From: Octopus vulgaris
Taxonomy: Eukaryota
DNA length: 64,000 nt
Assembly: GCA_951406725.2 (NCBI GenBank)
Contig: OX597815.1
Location: forward strand, 76,508,001-76,572,000
Direction: 5' to 3'
Positions 1 to 12,406 of this stretch are shown one piece after another (the stretch's first letter is position 1; every line of letters begins with the position of its first letter). Position numbers and translations under genes: made by a program. The notes under the pieces are model-generated. The model was given only the letters and a program-made list of their open reading frames with translations. It did no database searches and was not told the origin of the DNA.

Positions 1-127
1 AATGCCTTGTTGTTGTGAGTTCAAATCCTGCTAGCTCTGACTTCATCTTTCTGTCTCCTGATTCAGTGAACTATATTGATTCTCTATTAAAATGAGCTTG
101 ATACTTAAATAAAAAGAAAAAAAAATC

Positions 128-540
128 GGTTGTGTGGTTAAGCTTCCTTCCCAAACATGTGGTCTTGAGTTCAGTCCCACTGTGAGGCACCATGGGCAGG
201 TGTATACTATTGTAGCTCTGGGCTGACCAAAACTTTGTGAGTGGATTTGGTAGATAGGGAATAATCCATGCCAGCATGGAAAATGAACATTAAATGATGA
301 TGTTAAATCTGAAAATAGCTTGTTGTACATCTTTCTATTTGTCTGTATGTATGTTGTGTTTGTCTCATCACTGCATGGCAACCGGTATTGGTTTGTTTAC
401 ATCCCTGTATTCTAGTGGTTCAGTAAACAAGACTGAAGAATAAGTACCAATCTTAAAAATAAGTACTATGATTGATTTGACTAAATCCTTTAAGGCAGTG
501 CCCCAGCATGGCCATGGAACAATGACCGAAACAATCAAAA
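128..540 (+). mobile_element. Degenerate tRNA-derived SINE (family B: CORE-like head plus 3' module), CpG-decayed
   Basis: GGTTGTGTGGTTAAG...GAGTTCAGTCCCACTGTGAGGCACCATGGGCAGGTG head and ...GCAGTGCCCCAGCATGGCCATGGAACAATGACCGAAAC tail; the same modules recur at 2370-2710(-), 6615-6735(+), 7530-7955(-), 26730-27320(-), 30520-30660(+), 45530-45740(-). Confidence 0.8.
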
Positions 541-1669
541 TCTTTCCCACATCTGTATGAATAGCTATTCCTACAGTTTTTCCGGTGGAATTTAAAACAA
601 ATTCTTATATAGGATGAGGAAAGTAGACTGGCATAAATGGTGGTGTATTAGATTAAATGTTTTCAGTATTTAGTCTAGTCCTATGCTCTGAATTAAAATT
701 CCATCCGAATCAGCTTTTGCATTTTGTTTCCTGAGGTTGATACAGTAAATGCTAGTCATGTAATGGAGGGAATTCAAACAACTGCAACTCCTCTCCCTTT
801 ACAAATTTGTGACCTTGCACTTGCGTGAGAAATTTTGTTTTTTTAAACTGTAGGATAAAAGGCTATAGTAATTGAAAAGATTAAGTTTTATTCAGCTAAC
901 TATGCATAATTTTGTAGCGGGAATATAGTCAGTGAATTTAATCCTCTATATTACTACTTTTATCACTGACCTCTCCTCCTCTAGAGGTATGAAACCCAAA
1001 GTTAATTATAAGTAGATTTAAACTCGGAATTGACATAGCTAGTCTGCAATGCAATTAGCCATCTCTTTACAGTCAATAAAGAATGTCTCAAAAGCTAAAT
1101 TCAGTATTGATGGGCTTTGACATGGAATCTCTATCTGTATGAATCAATTATCAGAATATATAGTACTATGTCCTGGCAGAAAGACATAAATCTCAATTAT
1201 AATGAGATGCATTTGGGAATTAGTTTATTGCTGTAATCAGTGGAAACAGTATGATTAATGTGTGTTTTGTGAAATGCAAATCCTCTGAAAATAACATAGC
1301 ATACTTTCCAGTGGGAAAGATGGCTGTCTGCCACTTTGTAACTTCAAAACTGGGTGAGAACATGTACATCACACCATGATATCAGTAGCAAATGGTGATT
1401 GATGAATGAAAATGGAAAAGACATTATGTAATAAAATGATACTAATGACAACAAATTGTTTCACAACACAAATTAGCTGTTGTATTCTAAATATAAATTT
1501 TTCATTCTACATCAAATATCTGAATTTAGGTCAATTGATATTGATTTACCAGTAAACTTCTGTTATATTAAAAAAAAAAAAAGCGGTTCAGAAAGTCAGG
1601 CATTACATTTTAGATTAGGTAGTTTTATCTGGTATTTTCTAGTTACAGTGTAAATAGGAATGATTAAAA

Positions 1670-1713
<44 letters not shown>

Positions 1714-2369
1714 TGGAAGCTGAATTGTAATAGGATGGAGTATGTGGGCTGGTATGGTGTCTTTAGAATGATGCATTAATATTGGTACATGAGGCACTAA
1801 GTTTTCTAAGAAACCATCTGGCAATGACAAGGGAAGAAAGGACAGGTCTTGATTATACTTTACAAAAGCTATATTGATAGTCATTGAAGAAGAGAATGTG
1901 AAAGAGAAAAATCAATGTTGCTAATGTAGAAATTATTATTTCTATTAGTTTGGAGATGATCAAGGTGAATATACACTTGAAATAATAATTGGTTTTCCTT
2001 GGCCTCAATACTTTTGTTTTATTTTTGTACATGTGAGCTTCAAAGCTAACATGTATGTTCATTGTTCATTTTCATCACATCAGCTTCAATGTTCTGTATT
2101 AATATTTCAGATCATTTTAAGATTTTAATTTAAAGTTAACACTTACAAGTTGTTACAAGTATTTTGAACAAGCAAACAATTTAGAAATGGGGGGAAAAAT
2201 CTGCAAGACTTGCACTTAACTAGGTTTAAGCTTTTTTTATAATGCTAAAGAATGTTTACTCTGTGCTTATCTTTCTACACTGCTTGTTCTAAAACAAAAA
2301 TTCCTTTTTAATAATTTGCAATTGAATTTTGCAAATGAAGTATTTCTGAGAAAGACTATTCTTTAATCT

Positions 2370-2710
2370 TTTCTTGTTCTAGTCATTCAACTGTGGCCAT
2401 GCTAAGGCACTGTCTGAAGGGTTTAGCTGAATACTTGACCCCAGCATTTATTTTTTTTTTAACACGGCACTTATTTTATTGGTTGTCAAACTGCTAAGTT
2501 ATTTAACATAAAGAAGCCAATACTGGTTGTCAAGCAGTGGTTGGGGACAAATATGAAGGCACATGCACACACACCGCACACAAATGACCAGTTTCCACAG
2601 TGTTTGTCAACCAAATTTACTTACAAGGCCCCAGGCTATGGTAGAAGGTGTTTGCTGAAGGTGGAACGTAATGGCACTAAACCCAAAACTATATGTTTGC
2701 CAAGCAAGCA
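2370..2710 (-). mobile_element. Degenerate family B SINE
   Basis: Reverse-complement matches to the head and tail modules at 128-540 (AGTCATTCAACTGTGGCCATGCT..., CAACCAAATTTACTTACAAGGC). Confidence 0.7.
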
Positions 2711-2773
2711 GGAAAATATTTGATGGGACTGGTATTTAAGGATACTTTTATTTCCAGTGATACATATTGTTAG

Positions 2774-2857
2774 GTGTTACAGATTTGGAATATGGACTTT
2801 GGAATTCAAGCCCTTCAAAACTTTTCCATATTGAAACAGATAAGTAGAAATAAATGA
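2774..2857 (+). other. Candidate terminal coding exon of an unidentified gene (speculative)
   Basis: Weak acceptor TATTGTTAG, two short open frames (VLQIWNMDFGIQALQNFSILKQISRNK* or VTDLEYGLWNSSPSKLFHIETDK*), AATAAA right after, inside a CpG-depleted block; no homology recognised. Confidence 0.15.
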
Positions 2858-4286
2858 AATAAAAGAACTAATAGTTCTTTCCTTCAGCTTTATACTTTTG
2901 CTGGTAACTGTTAAAAATACTGCTAAATATCTATAGTTGTTATTTATAATGTTACTATGAATGAAAGTTTTCTGAATAATTTCCAGCAGTTCTAGTTTCA
3001 ACTAACTGTACAGTAAGAAGGTTCATTGCGTAAGGTGTCTAATTGTAAACAGTATTATTTTCAGTTGAAATTCTTGTGCCAGTCACATAAAAAATAAATA
3101 GCAATGTTTATTTGTGGTGTGATGAGTAGAAATTTGGTTAGCCTACTCAACAGGTAAGACTTCTCAGCTTTCAATACATCTGATGCCAAGTTAAGGATAC
3201 AAATCACTATAATTATTCCTTGCAATTCCTGGAGCTATTAGAGCAGAACAGATTGTAGATTGTTGACTGTGAGTTCTAAAAATATCACATAAACTTGATA
3301 ATGATACTGTGCTGTAGCTCACTAATATAAATAAGTTCTGTATGTTGCTGCTGTTATTTTAGAAACATCAGTTGAGGAACATCAAAACAGCATCTTTCTT
3401 TCAGAATTTCCACAGTATTCTCAATATTATTATGTAAAGAATTTTGTGTGAAGGACATCAGTAAAGTGGAAAATTTTAGTTGTACAAATTCTTTATAAAA
3501 ACAAGAAGAGTTTTCTACTTAAAGCAACTTATGGTATATGGTTCTTAATAGTGGGCTTTTAATTCTAATCTTTAGATTAGAATTAAATCCCATTAGAATT
3601 GCATAATATTTATTTTGTCCTAGAACCTGCTCAAATATTCAAATCTGGATGTCTATACTTGATTTTTGGCTTTTTTCCATTATAAACTAACAGTTTGTGG
3701 CTTTTGGTTAAATGTTAGTTAATTTCATCTAAATAATTCTCCTTAATCATAGTTTCTGCATTTCTTCGGATTGGTAAATAGATGACAAACAAATTTTAGA
3801 TAAATGATATAAATTAGTTATCTATCAGGAAAAAGGGATAACTGTGTAAGTTATGTAGCATGGTTTTTACATCAAGGTTAATTGAAATAAATAAAAACTG
3901 AATTCATGATTTTGTAAATCTCTAAGGTGCTTTTTGAGCTCTATTCTAATTTCTGTAAGGTATTTGGCAGTTTGCTTCATTCTTTCTTTTTTTCTTGTTT
4001 TTCTTCTTCTTTTTTTTTGTGCCTAAAAACTTTGTCATGAGGAGCTCTCTCTGATTTTAAAATTGTTGGTAGTGGATTACAGAATTGTTAGCATATTAGA
4101 TAAAATACCTTGCATTATTTCTTCCACGTCTTTACTTTCTGGTTCAAGTATAACTACAGTGAACTTTGCCTTTCATCCTTTCAGGGTTGATAAAATAATG
4201 TACCAGAGGTTGATATAATCAATTTGCCCCCTCTCAAAACTGCTAAGCCTTGTACTAAAATTAGAATGAATCATTACTATTGTTGT

Positions 4287-4596
4287 AGAGGCGCAATGGA
4301 CCAGTGGTTAGGGCAGCGGACTCACAGTTAGAGGATTGTGGTTTCGATTCCCAGACTGGGCGTTGTGTGTGTTTATTGAGCGAAAACACCTAAAGCTCCA
4401 TGAGGCTCCGGCAGGGGGTGGGCGACCCCTGTTGTACTCTTTCACCCCAACTTTCTCTCACTCTCTCTTCCTGTTTCTTGAGTAACACTGCGATGGACTG
4501 GCGTCCCATCTAGCTGGGGGGAACACATACGCCACAGAAACCGGGAAACCAGGCCCATGAGCCTGGCTAGGCTTGAAAAGGGTGCATAAATAAATA
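4287..4596 (+). mobile_element. Full-length tRNA-derived SINE with Meta-domain-like body
   Basis: A box (TGGACCAGTGG), B box (GTTTCGATTCC), GCGATGGACTGGCGTCCCATC...CCACAGAAACCGGG motif resembling the MetaSINE domain, (TAAA)n tail, perfect 14-bp TSD ATTACTATTGTTGT at 4273-4286 and 4597-4610. Confidence 0.85.
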
Positions 4597-5442
4597 ATTA
4601 CTATTGTTGTTATTTTTTTCATCAGCCTTAAGAAAGTTTGTTTATTTGCACAGATCACCATTTTTAGTCCTAATTATTAGTTTTATATTTTACATTTATT
4701 AGATAAACCAGGGTCTGATAATATTATCTATTTCTTCTCTTGGTATATTTTGCTTTGGATGTTTTTTTTTTAGTTTTTCTATCTAAACTTATTCCAGGGA
4801 ACCACTTAGTAGTAGTTGTTGAAAGCAGTGTTTTCATATCCATGAAATTTCAATCTCAAATTTGCCTTTAATATTCCAGTAGTGTCTTACAATATAAAGT
4901 TGAGCAAGATTTTCTGGTTAGACAAAAACAGAAATCCTGTTTTTTGATTAGTCTGAAGAAGTGAAATATGGATCCAATATTTCTAGAAGTTGTAAAGAAA
5001 TACAAGCATGGAAGGATGTAACAATTTAAAATGCATTTGAGGCTAGAAAAGCCATTTTTTTAACACATACACTACTACGCAATCAATTTTAAGTTTTAGC
5101 TATTTTTTTCACCTGAAACTAATATGGAAGATATTTAACATTTCAACTTTCACAATCAGCTATCTGAAGCACTTTAAGAACTTCTAAAAATGTATGGAAA
5201 GAAAATCTTGAGAAATCAAGATTATCAGTGGAAATATATAAATATCATGACAAGAATAGAATGTCATAAATTTGCTATGTACAAATATAAAGCTATGATT
5301 GAATTAGTGAAGTCAAAATTAGCTGGCCTTGTTTAATTTATGTTCTTTATAATCACTACAATTTCTTCATCTAGACATAGGTACATAAGATATGTGTTTG
5401 TCATTGAAAATAAATGAAAACATTTGGCTTTACATGTTATTG

Positions 5443-5526
5443 TCACCAAGTGATAAGAAAGAGGTTATCTCCTGTTGGCTTTTCACCAAGTGACAAGAAA
5501 GAGGTTGTCTCATGTTGGCTTTTCAC
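5443..5526. repeat. 40-bp tandem duplication (2 copies)
   Basis: TCACCAAGTGA(T/C)AAGAAAGAGGTT(A/G)TCTC(C/A)TGTTGGCTTT starting at 5443 and 5483. Confidence 0.9.
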
Positions 5527-5993
5527 AATAAGAAAAGTCAAATTTATCAAAAGTATTTAATGTAAATATTCACTTTATGAATATATATATAGAAAGAGGT
5601 TAGGTAGAACAAAGAAAGAAATAGAATTCAATACATGAGTATAAATGGTTTTTATTATTTCTAATTGGCAGAAAGTTACATAAGTCATTCTAGGGCCAAG
5701 AGTTTCATGCAGGGTATGATAAGACCCTAGCACAAAACTCTTGGCATTTGAGTCACTTTTGTACCTTTCTGTGATACTTAAAGTCAGCATTATGTGTATT
5801 TATTTGTCTGTTCTTTATACAAATTACTAATGTGAAATATATTTACTGTTAGGATCTTACAACTATATACAACAATCACTACAATGATGAATGAAAACTT
5901 GTATTCCACTGGCAAATGGGTGTATTACACTTTGGTTTCCTTAACCATATTCCTGTCCAAAGATGATCAGGAAGCAAAAAATCTATATACATG

Positions 5994-6050
<57 letters not shown>

Positions 6051-6756
6051 TCATATAGATGACTATGAATTTAAATTTACATTTCTAGTTAAGATTCTTA
6101 ATTTATTGAAACTATCTTCCCATTTCTTTGAGTCTCTAACAATTGCTGCTAGGTTTTTGGCTTTCATCAACTAAAGGGAAATTTTCAGTGCCTTGAAAAT
6201 ATTTTGCATTAGGAAGAACAACCAGCTTTAGAAACCGTGCCAAAACTGGCATTGGAGTTGAACACAACCCTGCTGGATCCTGTCAAACTGTCCAATCCAT
6301 GCTAGCATGGAAAACAAGTATTAAATGATGATGATGATATCATTCTGTACATCACCATCCATCTAAAATTGTCTAAGTTCTTGCTTCTAATCTACTTGAG
6401 TTCACTTTAAGTTCACTCCTTTATCTCACTTCACTCTTTTGTAATTATGCAAATTATACTGGCTAAAATTAGTGGTAACCCTTTAAGAATTCATGTAAAT
6501 CAATGTTAACCGAGCAAAACAGGCCTGAGAATACTATGTTTTATTAAAGAGATCCAATAGTACCAAGATACATCATAGCTGTAATGAGATGTCATTTCAA
6601 TATTGCTACACAATCAGATGGTTTTGGGTTCAGTCCCACAGGGCAGCACCATGGGCAAGTGGTATTAATTATGATCCTGGGCTAGGCAATGTCTTGTGAG
6701 TGAATTTGGTAGATAGAAACAGTATTGAAGCCGGTTTGTGTGTGTGTTTGTGTATG

Positions 6757-6795
<39 letters not shown>

Positions 6796-7529
6796 GCATG
6801 TGTGAACAGTTTTGTTAATCTGCTAGCAAAAATGAAATTTCCCTACTGTCCCCACCCAGCATGAGAATTCTATTTTCTATGACATTCTTAATTTCTTGAA
6901 TTTTTATTCCCTATTCTTTGAGAGTTACTAGCAATTAGTTTGTTAGGTTTGTGTTTGCTTTCTCTAACTAAAAGGTAAATATGAATTTACTAAGAATCTT
7001 TCACAAATGTCATCGCATACACACCATCACCTAACTTGATGAACATTGATTTAGCTATTAGGAATTTATAAATTAAATTATTGATACATAAGTAGAGATT
7101 TATTAAATAAACTCTTTTACTCTTTTTTTCAGTCATTGGACTGTAGCTATACTAGGGCACTACCTTGAAGAGTTTAGTTGATCAAATAGAGGAAAGTTAT
7201 AAAAGTAACCCAAGGGCCGAAAGCTTCGTACATTATAAGTTTCGTATAAAAAACGCTCGCCCTCTGAGTCACTTTCGTAACATTCTGCTAATTAAAAATA
7301 AAAATGTGCATGTGTATGTGGCAATCCCAAAGAAGGAAAAATATCACTCTCAACAGCTCCGGATTCGAATAATGTAAGTTACCTCCCTTGATAAGTGGTT
7401 GGTGAAAACGTCCGCCAACGCAATACATTATTATATAACAACGTGCTGTTGCGTTGAAAAAAAAATTGTCAAGCGTTAATATATGTATATAACGATTGTT
7501 AAAATAAAGAAATATAAATTTGAGATACT

Positions 7530-7763
7530 TCCTAATTCTTTTATTTGTTTCAGTCATTTGACTGCGGCCATACTGGAGCACCGCCTTTTGTCGAACAAAT
7601 CGACTCTAGGACTTATTCTTTGTAGCTGAGACTTATTCTTTGTAAGCCTAGTACTTATTCTAACGGTGTCCTTTGCCGCACCGCTAAGTTACGGGGACGT
7701 AAACACAACATCGGTTGTCAAGCGATGGTGGGAGGACAAGCACACACAAATCCATCCATCCAT

Positions 7764-7797
<34 letters not shown>

Positions 7798-7955
7798 GAC
7801 GGGCTTCTTTCAATTTCCCTTCTTACCAAATCCACTCATAAGGCTTTGGTCAAACCGAGGCTATAGGAGACACTTGTCCAAGGTGCCACACAGTGGAACT
7901 GAACTCGGAACCATGTGGTTGGGAAGCAAGCTACTTACCACACAATTGCTCCTGC
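7530..7955 (-). mobile_element. Near full-length family B SINE with internal (TA)n/(TCCA)n
   Basis: Minus-strand head GCAGGAGCAATTGTGTGGTAAGTAGCTTGCTTCCCAACCACATGGTTCCGAGTTCAGTTCCACTG, CORE-like ACCTTGGACAAGTG, tail ...GGCCGCAGTCAAATGACTGAAACAAATAAAAGAA. Confidence 0.85.
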
Positions 7956-9689
7956 ATGTTTTATTATTTTACTTTTACTTTAAAAAATAATAATACAAGC
8001 TTTAAAATGTCATTCGTAGTTTAGATTATACGCAGTGGCTCATTATTCAAAGTTCAAATAGGATCAGAATTAATAGTAATAAGAGTACTACGGTATACTG
8101 AGTTCATTAGTCGACTATTTCCCGAATACCTAAAAGTATTTCTGCTTAATTAGGATATAGATCAATGAGCCACCTTTTAATTATTTCCCCCCTATAACGT
8201 AGGGACTTCGAAAATTCTGAATTATTACAATAAAACTGTAGATATTACATATTTATATCTTTTGGAGAGAAATAGTCAGTTCTCTAGGATAGAGATTAAA
8301 TTGAACGAATTAAGCCAGTATATCACTAACATTTCTTTTCTATCTTAGTAACGTTCTGATACGAAAAGAGAGCTATGTTGATCTTTCTAACATTTTAACA
8401 AATATCATTATCACTAACATGAAAATGTGCTGATGCTTATTTTAATTACATTGTAGCAGAGACGTGCGCCCACACACATCTCACCTAGTTATTCTGGACC
8501 CCAATTAAGGAGTGTTAAAAATACTATGGCCAGTTTTTGGCGATAATCCAGCATAATAATCACAACTACAATTCCAAAGCAACTAAAGTAGTAGTAGTAG
8601 TAGTAGTAGTGGTAGTAGTAGTAACAACAACAACAACAAGAACGATCTGCAAAATGACAATTACACATACACACATACATTCCAAGAAGTGCAAATTTAA
8701 ACCACTGTTGCTGCACCCAAACAATATCAAACTATGTGAAACCTATAAACAAGAAAAACTGTGGTGGTAGTGGTTGTGTATAATGATATTAAGAGAAGAA
8801 GTGTGAGTAGAAATACAGAGTGGAGTATGATAATATTAGGGGAGAAGTGCGAGTAAGTGTTATAGAGTAGAGTTAGAAAATGTTCACATGCCAACTAAAT
8901 GATTAATGTATTTATTTATTTAGTATTTTTAGAAAGCAGTTCCAAAACTGAGAGTGCCATCGTGGCTTGATTGAAACTATCTCGATTCACTAATATCTTT
9001 GGAGAATACATATATGTTAAAACATCCATTTCAGTTCCATAAAACGTTTTTCTTTCATCTAGATAAAAACCGCTAGTCATATTTGGAAAGTGTCTAAGTA
9101 ACAAAGGCAGAATTACGGTAAACTGTGATGTAGATATGTAGGTGGGCCGAGTCTACGACTCAGTTTTGATTGTTAGAGCTGCAGGGTGTCTCCACCAAAA
9201 TAAAAGGATACTTTCACAGCCCATAACTCACTGAACATTCCTTCTGTATTAGGTGCAGTCGATCAATAAACATAGGTTGAAATAACACAAAGGGTTGAAG
9301 AAATTTATTCTAAAGCATCACTGAAGTACGAGAACGTAGTAGACTCAAAGATTTTCTAACTGATCCAGCAAGCGACTAACCATTATGTATGTATGATAAG
9401 CAAGATGTATTTTATATCAATTGTTCCCAACATACGTTTCACCATTGTGGTTACTTGCATCCTTTGCAGTGGGTGTTCAAAGTGCAATTGAATGCTAAAC
9501 CACAACAGTTCATCAGCGTAACACTTTATAGCATTGCTTATTCAGATCAAATGCATTTTGTTACATTTGTTCTGTGTGTGTGTGTGTGTGAGCGTGTGTA
9601 TCAGCTATACTCCACGGCAGTGATACATGGATTGTTACTACTGAGGATATGCAAAGGCTTGAAACAAATGAATCTAGTATGTTCCGCTG

Positions 9690-10350
9690 GATGGGTAATG
9701 TCAGTGTGCATGTACGGCAGAATATGATTTGAAAGAAAAATTGGGTATACAAAGTATCAGATATATGTGTGCAAAAGAGAAGACTGTGCTGGTATGGACA
9801 TGCGATGTGTATGGATGAGAGCAGCTGCACCAAGAAGTTCCGATTTCTAATTGTGGAGGGAACGTGTGGAAGGGGTAGATTCAGGAAGACATGGGACGAA
9901 GTGGTGAAAAAGACTCTTCTGATGTTGGGCCTCACATAGAAGATAACAAGGGATCAAGACTTCTGACAGTTTGTAGTGCTTGAGAAGATACGTCAAGCTA
10001 AGTACAATTGGGGTCATCCAGACATACAGGCATGTCTTCCGTGTCCATCTCTCAGTTGAGAGAACCTAGTCTCGCGGGCATATGGGTGCAGGTGTTACGT
10101 AAAACACCCATGTCGTTGCCACGTAAAAGCGTTCGTGCCGGTGCCACGTTAAAAAGCATCCAGGATACTCTGTAAAGTGGTCAGAATTAGGAAGGGCATC
10201 TAGCCGTAGAAACTATGTCAAAACAGATAAATGGAACCCAGACAGCTGACCAACTCGGCAAGACTTCCGCCCCCACCCAAACCACCCTTAAAATTTTTTT
10301 TTTTCTTTCGACACAAACCCCACTTTTCGGCTAGCATGGAGAATGGATGC
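9690..10350 (+). mobile_element. 3' fragment of RTE-clade LINE (ORF C-terminus plus 3' UTR)
   Basis: Translation RLCWYGHAMCMDESSCTKKFRFLIVEGTCGRGRFRKTWDEVVKK matches the RTE C-terminal WxGH...GRGRPRKTW motif. Confidence 0.8.
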
Positions 10351-10478
10351 TACATGATTATATATACATATATATATATAACGGGAAGCTTTATGAAAAT
10401 AAACAAAAGACGAAGGCAGGTGGAAAACAAACGAACAATTGTATTAGTATGGCGCTCAGGAAATATAAATAAAACAAG

Positions 10479-10516
10479 TCTTTAACGTTTCGAGCCTACG
10501 CTCTTCAACAGAAAGA
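10479..10516 (-). ncRNA. Minimal type I hammerhead ribozyme
   Basis: Minus strand UCUUU-CUGUUGA-A-GAGC(GUAG)GCUC-GAAAC-GUU-AAAGA: 5-bp stem I, 4-bp stem II, palindromic AACGUU in place of stem III; core reads CUGUUGA (A6 to U variant of CUGANGA). Confidence 0.7.
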
Positions 10517-11920
10517 TACACAGAGAGAGAAAAACACAGAAAGAAGGAGAGAAAAAAAAAAAAAAAAAATATATAAATGTATGTGTATGCTCGATTCTTC
10601 ATTTCTTTTTTCATTAACAGTCGAAAACCAGTCTTACAAGAAGTTTTAGCGATGACACAATAGATCATAGCCATAAGAAAGCAAGTTTCTTGGAGCAAGT
10701 TTTTCGAATGGGTTATCTATTTGTTTTTGGTTTTGAAATAGGAATCGATTTTTCAAATATTTTAAAATGAAAACACCAGCTATCGTCTAACTGTCGTCTC
10801 TGATTAAATTTTTCATTAGTTTCAAAAGTTTATTTTATCAATGTCCAAAGCCTTACAACTTCTTAGTGCCTCAAATCTAACAATCTTGACATAGACGGCA
10901 CTAAAAGAAAAAACAAAATCTGCCGAACAAGCAACACTGACATAGTAACTTACAAGTTAAATTTACTTTAATAAGCACCATTCCATCTTCAAATCTTTCC
11001 ATATATGGTATAATCACGGCTATATACACCGACTGAATATTTTGATAAGCCAACACCATTCTATAGATCTGTTTAACTAGAGCTAAATTGTATTGTTTAA
11101 TAAACACTTGTGGTTATGTAAGTCGCCTTGTTAGATAACGTATAAGAACGTAATGAGGTTCGTGTTAATCAGGAAGGTTGCTTTGCTTTGGTTAGTGTGG
11201 CAATAACATCGAACAATTTAGGTTGAGTCTACTTTTAATAGATCGATTATCCAAGAGTCGATTTCCGGACACTGAACATTTTATATATAACTGTAATTTC
11301 CATCAGCAGGTGGTTGGCAAATCGATCGAATGGAGGAAATAGAAACGCTTTAAAGTCAACCGATAGGTCGATTCGCATCAGTAGAATAACTTACACGGAA
11401 ACAATAACAATAACATTAAAAATATGCATTTACGTGTTAAAGTATTATGAGCATTGGTAGGACTGTATTGATGGATAGATGTAGAGGCGTTGCTGGCATA
11501 TAGGATGAACATAACATTACCTTTCACAATCATGAATCAACAGGCATAGACGATCAGAGAAACTACGAACAAAAATATTTCTTGTAACCCGATTACATTA
11601 GACAAACATATCAACAGTGATACAAAAACATACAAAATATAAAGACAATCAAAATATCAATACTACGATTAGATAAGTATACACACATATCACAAATGTA
11701 CACTGATATAATATAATGAATGCTTAAGTAAATCAATAACACACACCGAATGTTGAACAATTTTCAATAATTATACTACATCATTTAATGTAGTTGGGTA
11801 GTAGAAAGATTGAAATGAGTGTTAGGTTAGACGGTAAACAATTTCAGTTTGAATTCCGATAAATTCGACTTTTAACTTTCATCCGTCTCCTCGAGATCAA
11901 TAAAATATATGCAGAACATC

Positions 11921-12064
11921 TACATTATTTACATTTGGCGGATATTTGTCCTCATCTTGTTTGTTGTTAACACAACGTTTCGGCTGATATACCCTCCAGT
12001 TTTCATCAGGTGTCTTGGGGAAATTTCGAACCTGGGTTCTCACTCCTATGGTAGTTTTCGACGC

Positions 12065-12099
<35 letters not shown>

Positions 12100-12188
12100 T
12101 CACTGCCTGGAATCGAACTCTGAATCTTGGGGTTAGCAGCCCGCGCTCTTAACCCCCAGATTCCGAGATCGATTCCAGGAATAATAAT

Positions 12189-12226
<38 letters not shown>

Positions 12227-12406
12227 CAGCATCGAAAAATACCTTAGGAGTGAGAACCCAGGTTCGAAATTTCCCCAAGACACCTGATGAAAACTGGAGG
12301 GTATATTCAGCCGAAACGTTGTGTTAACAACAAACAAGATGAGGACAAATATCCGTTAAATGTAAATAATGTGCGTAATTCATCATTTCTTAAATATAGA
12401 ACTGTA
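11921..12406. mobile_element. Fold-back insertion of a tRNA-headed, hammerhead-bearing short retroelement
   Basis: Arms about 11921-12150 and 12152-12372 are reverse complements; 14-bp TSD ATATGCAGAACATC at 11907-11920 and 12407-12420; each arm has B-box remnant, (AAT)n and CTGATGA...GAAAC. Confidence 0.85.
12279..12325 (+). ncRNA. Minimal type I hammerhead ribozyme (second copy on minus strand 11969-12014)
   Basis: GACAC-CUGAUGA-AAACUG...CAGCC-GAAAC-GUU-GUGUU; stem I GACAC/GUGUU, stem II only partly paired (CUG/CAG, base weakened), palindromic AACGUU. Confidence 0.6.

Noticed and set aside
4288-4365. tRNA gene
   Set aside because: tRNA-like head continues into a SINE body with tail and TSD
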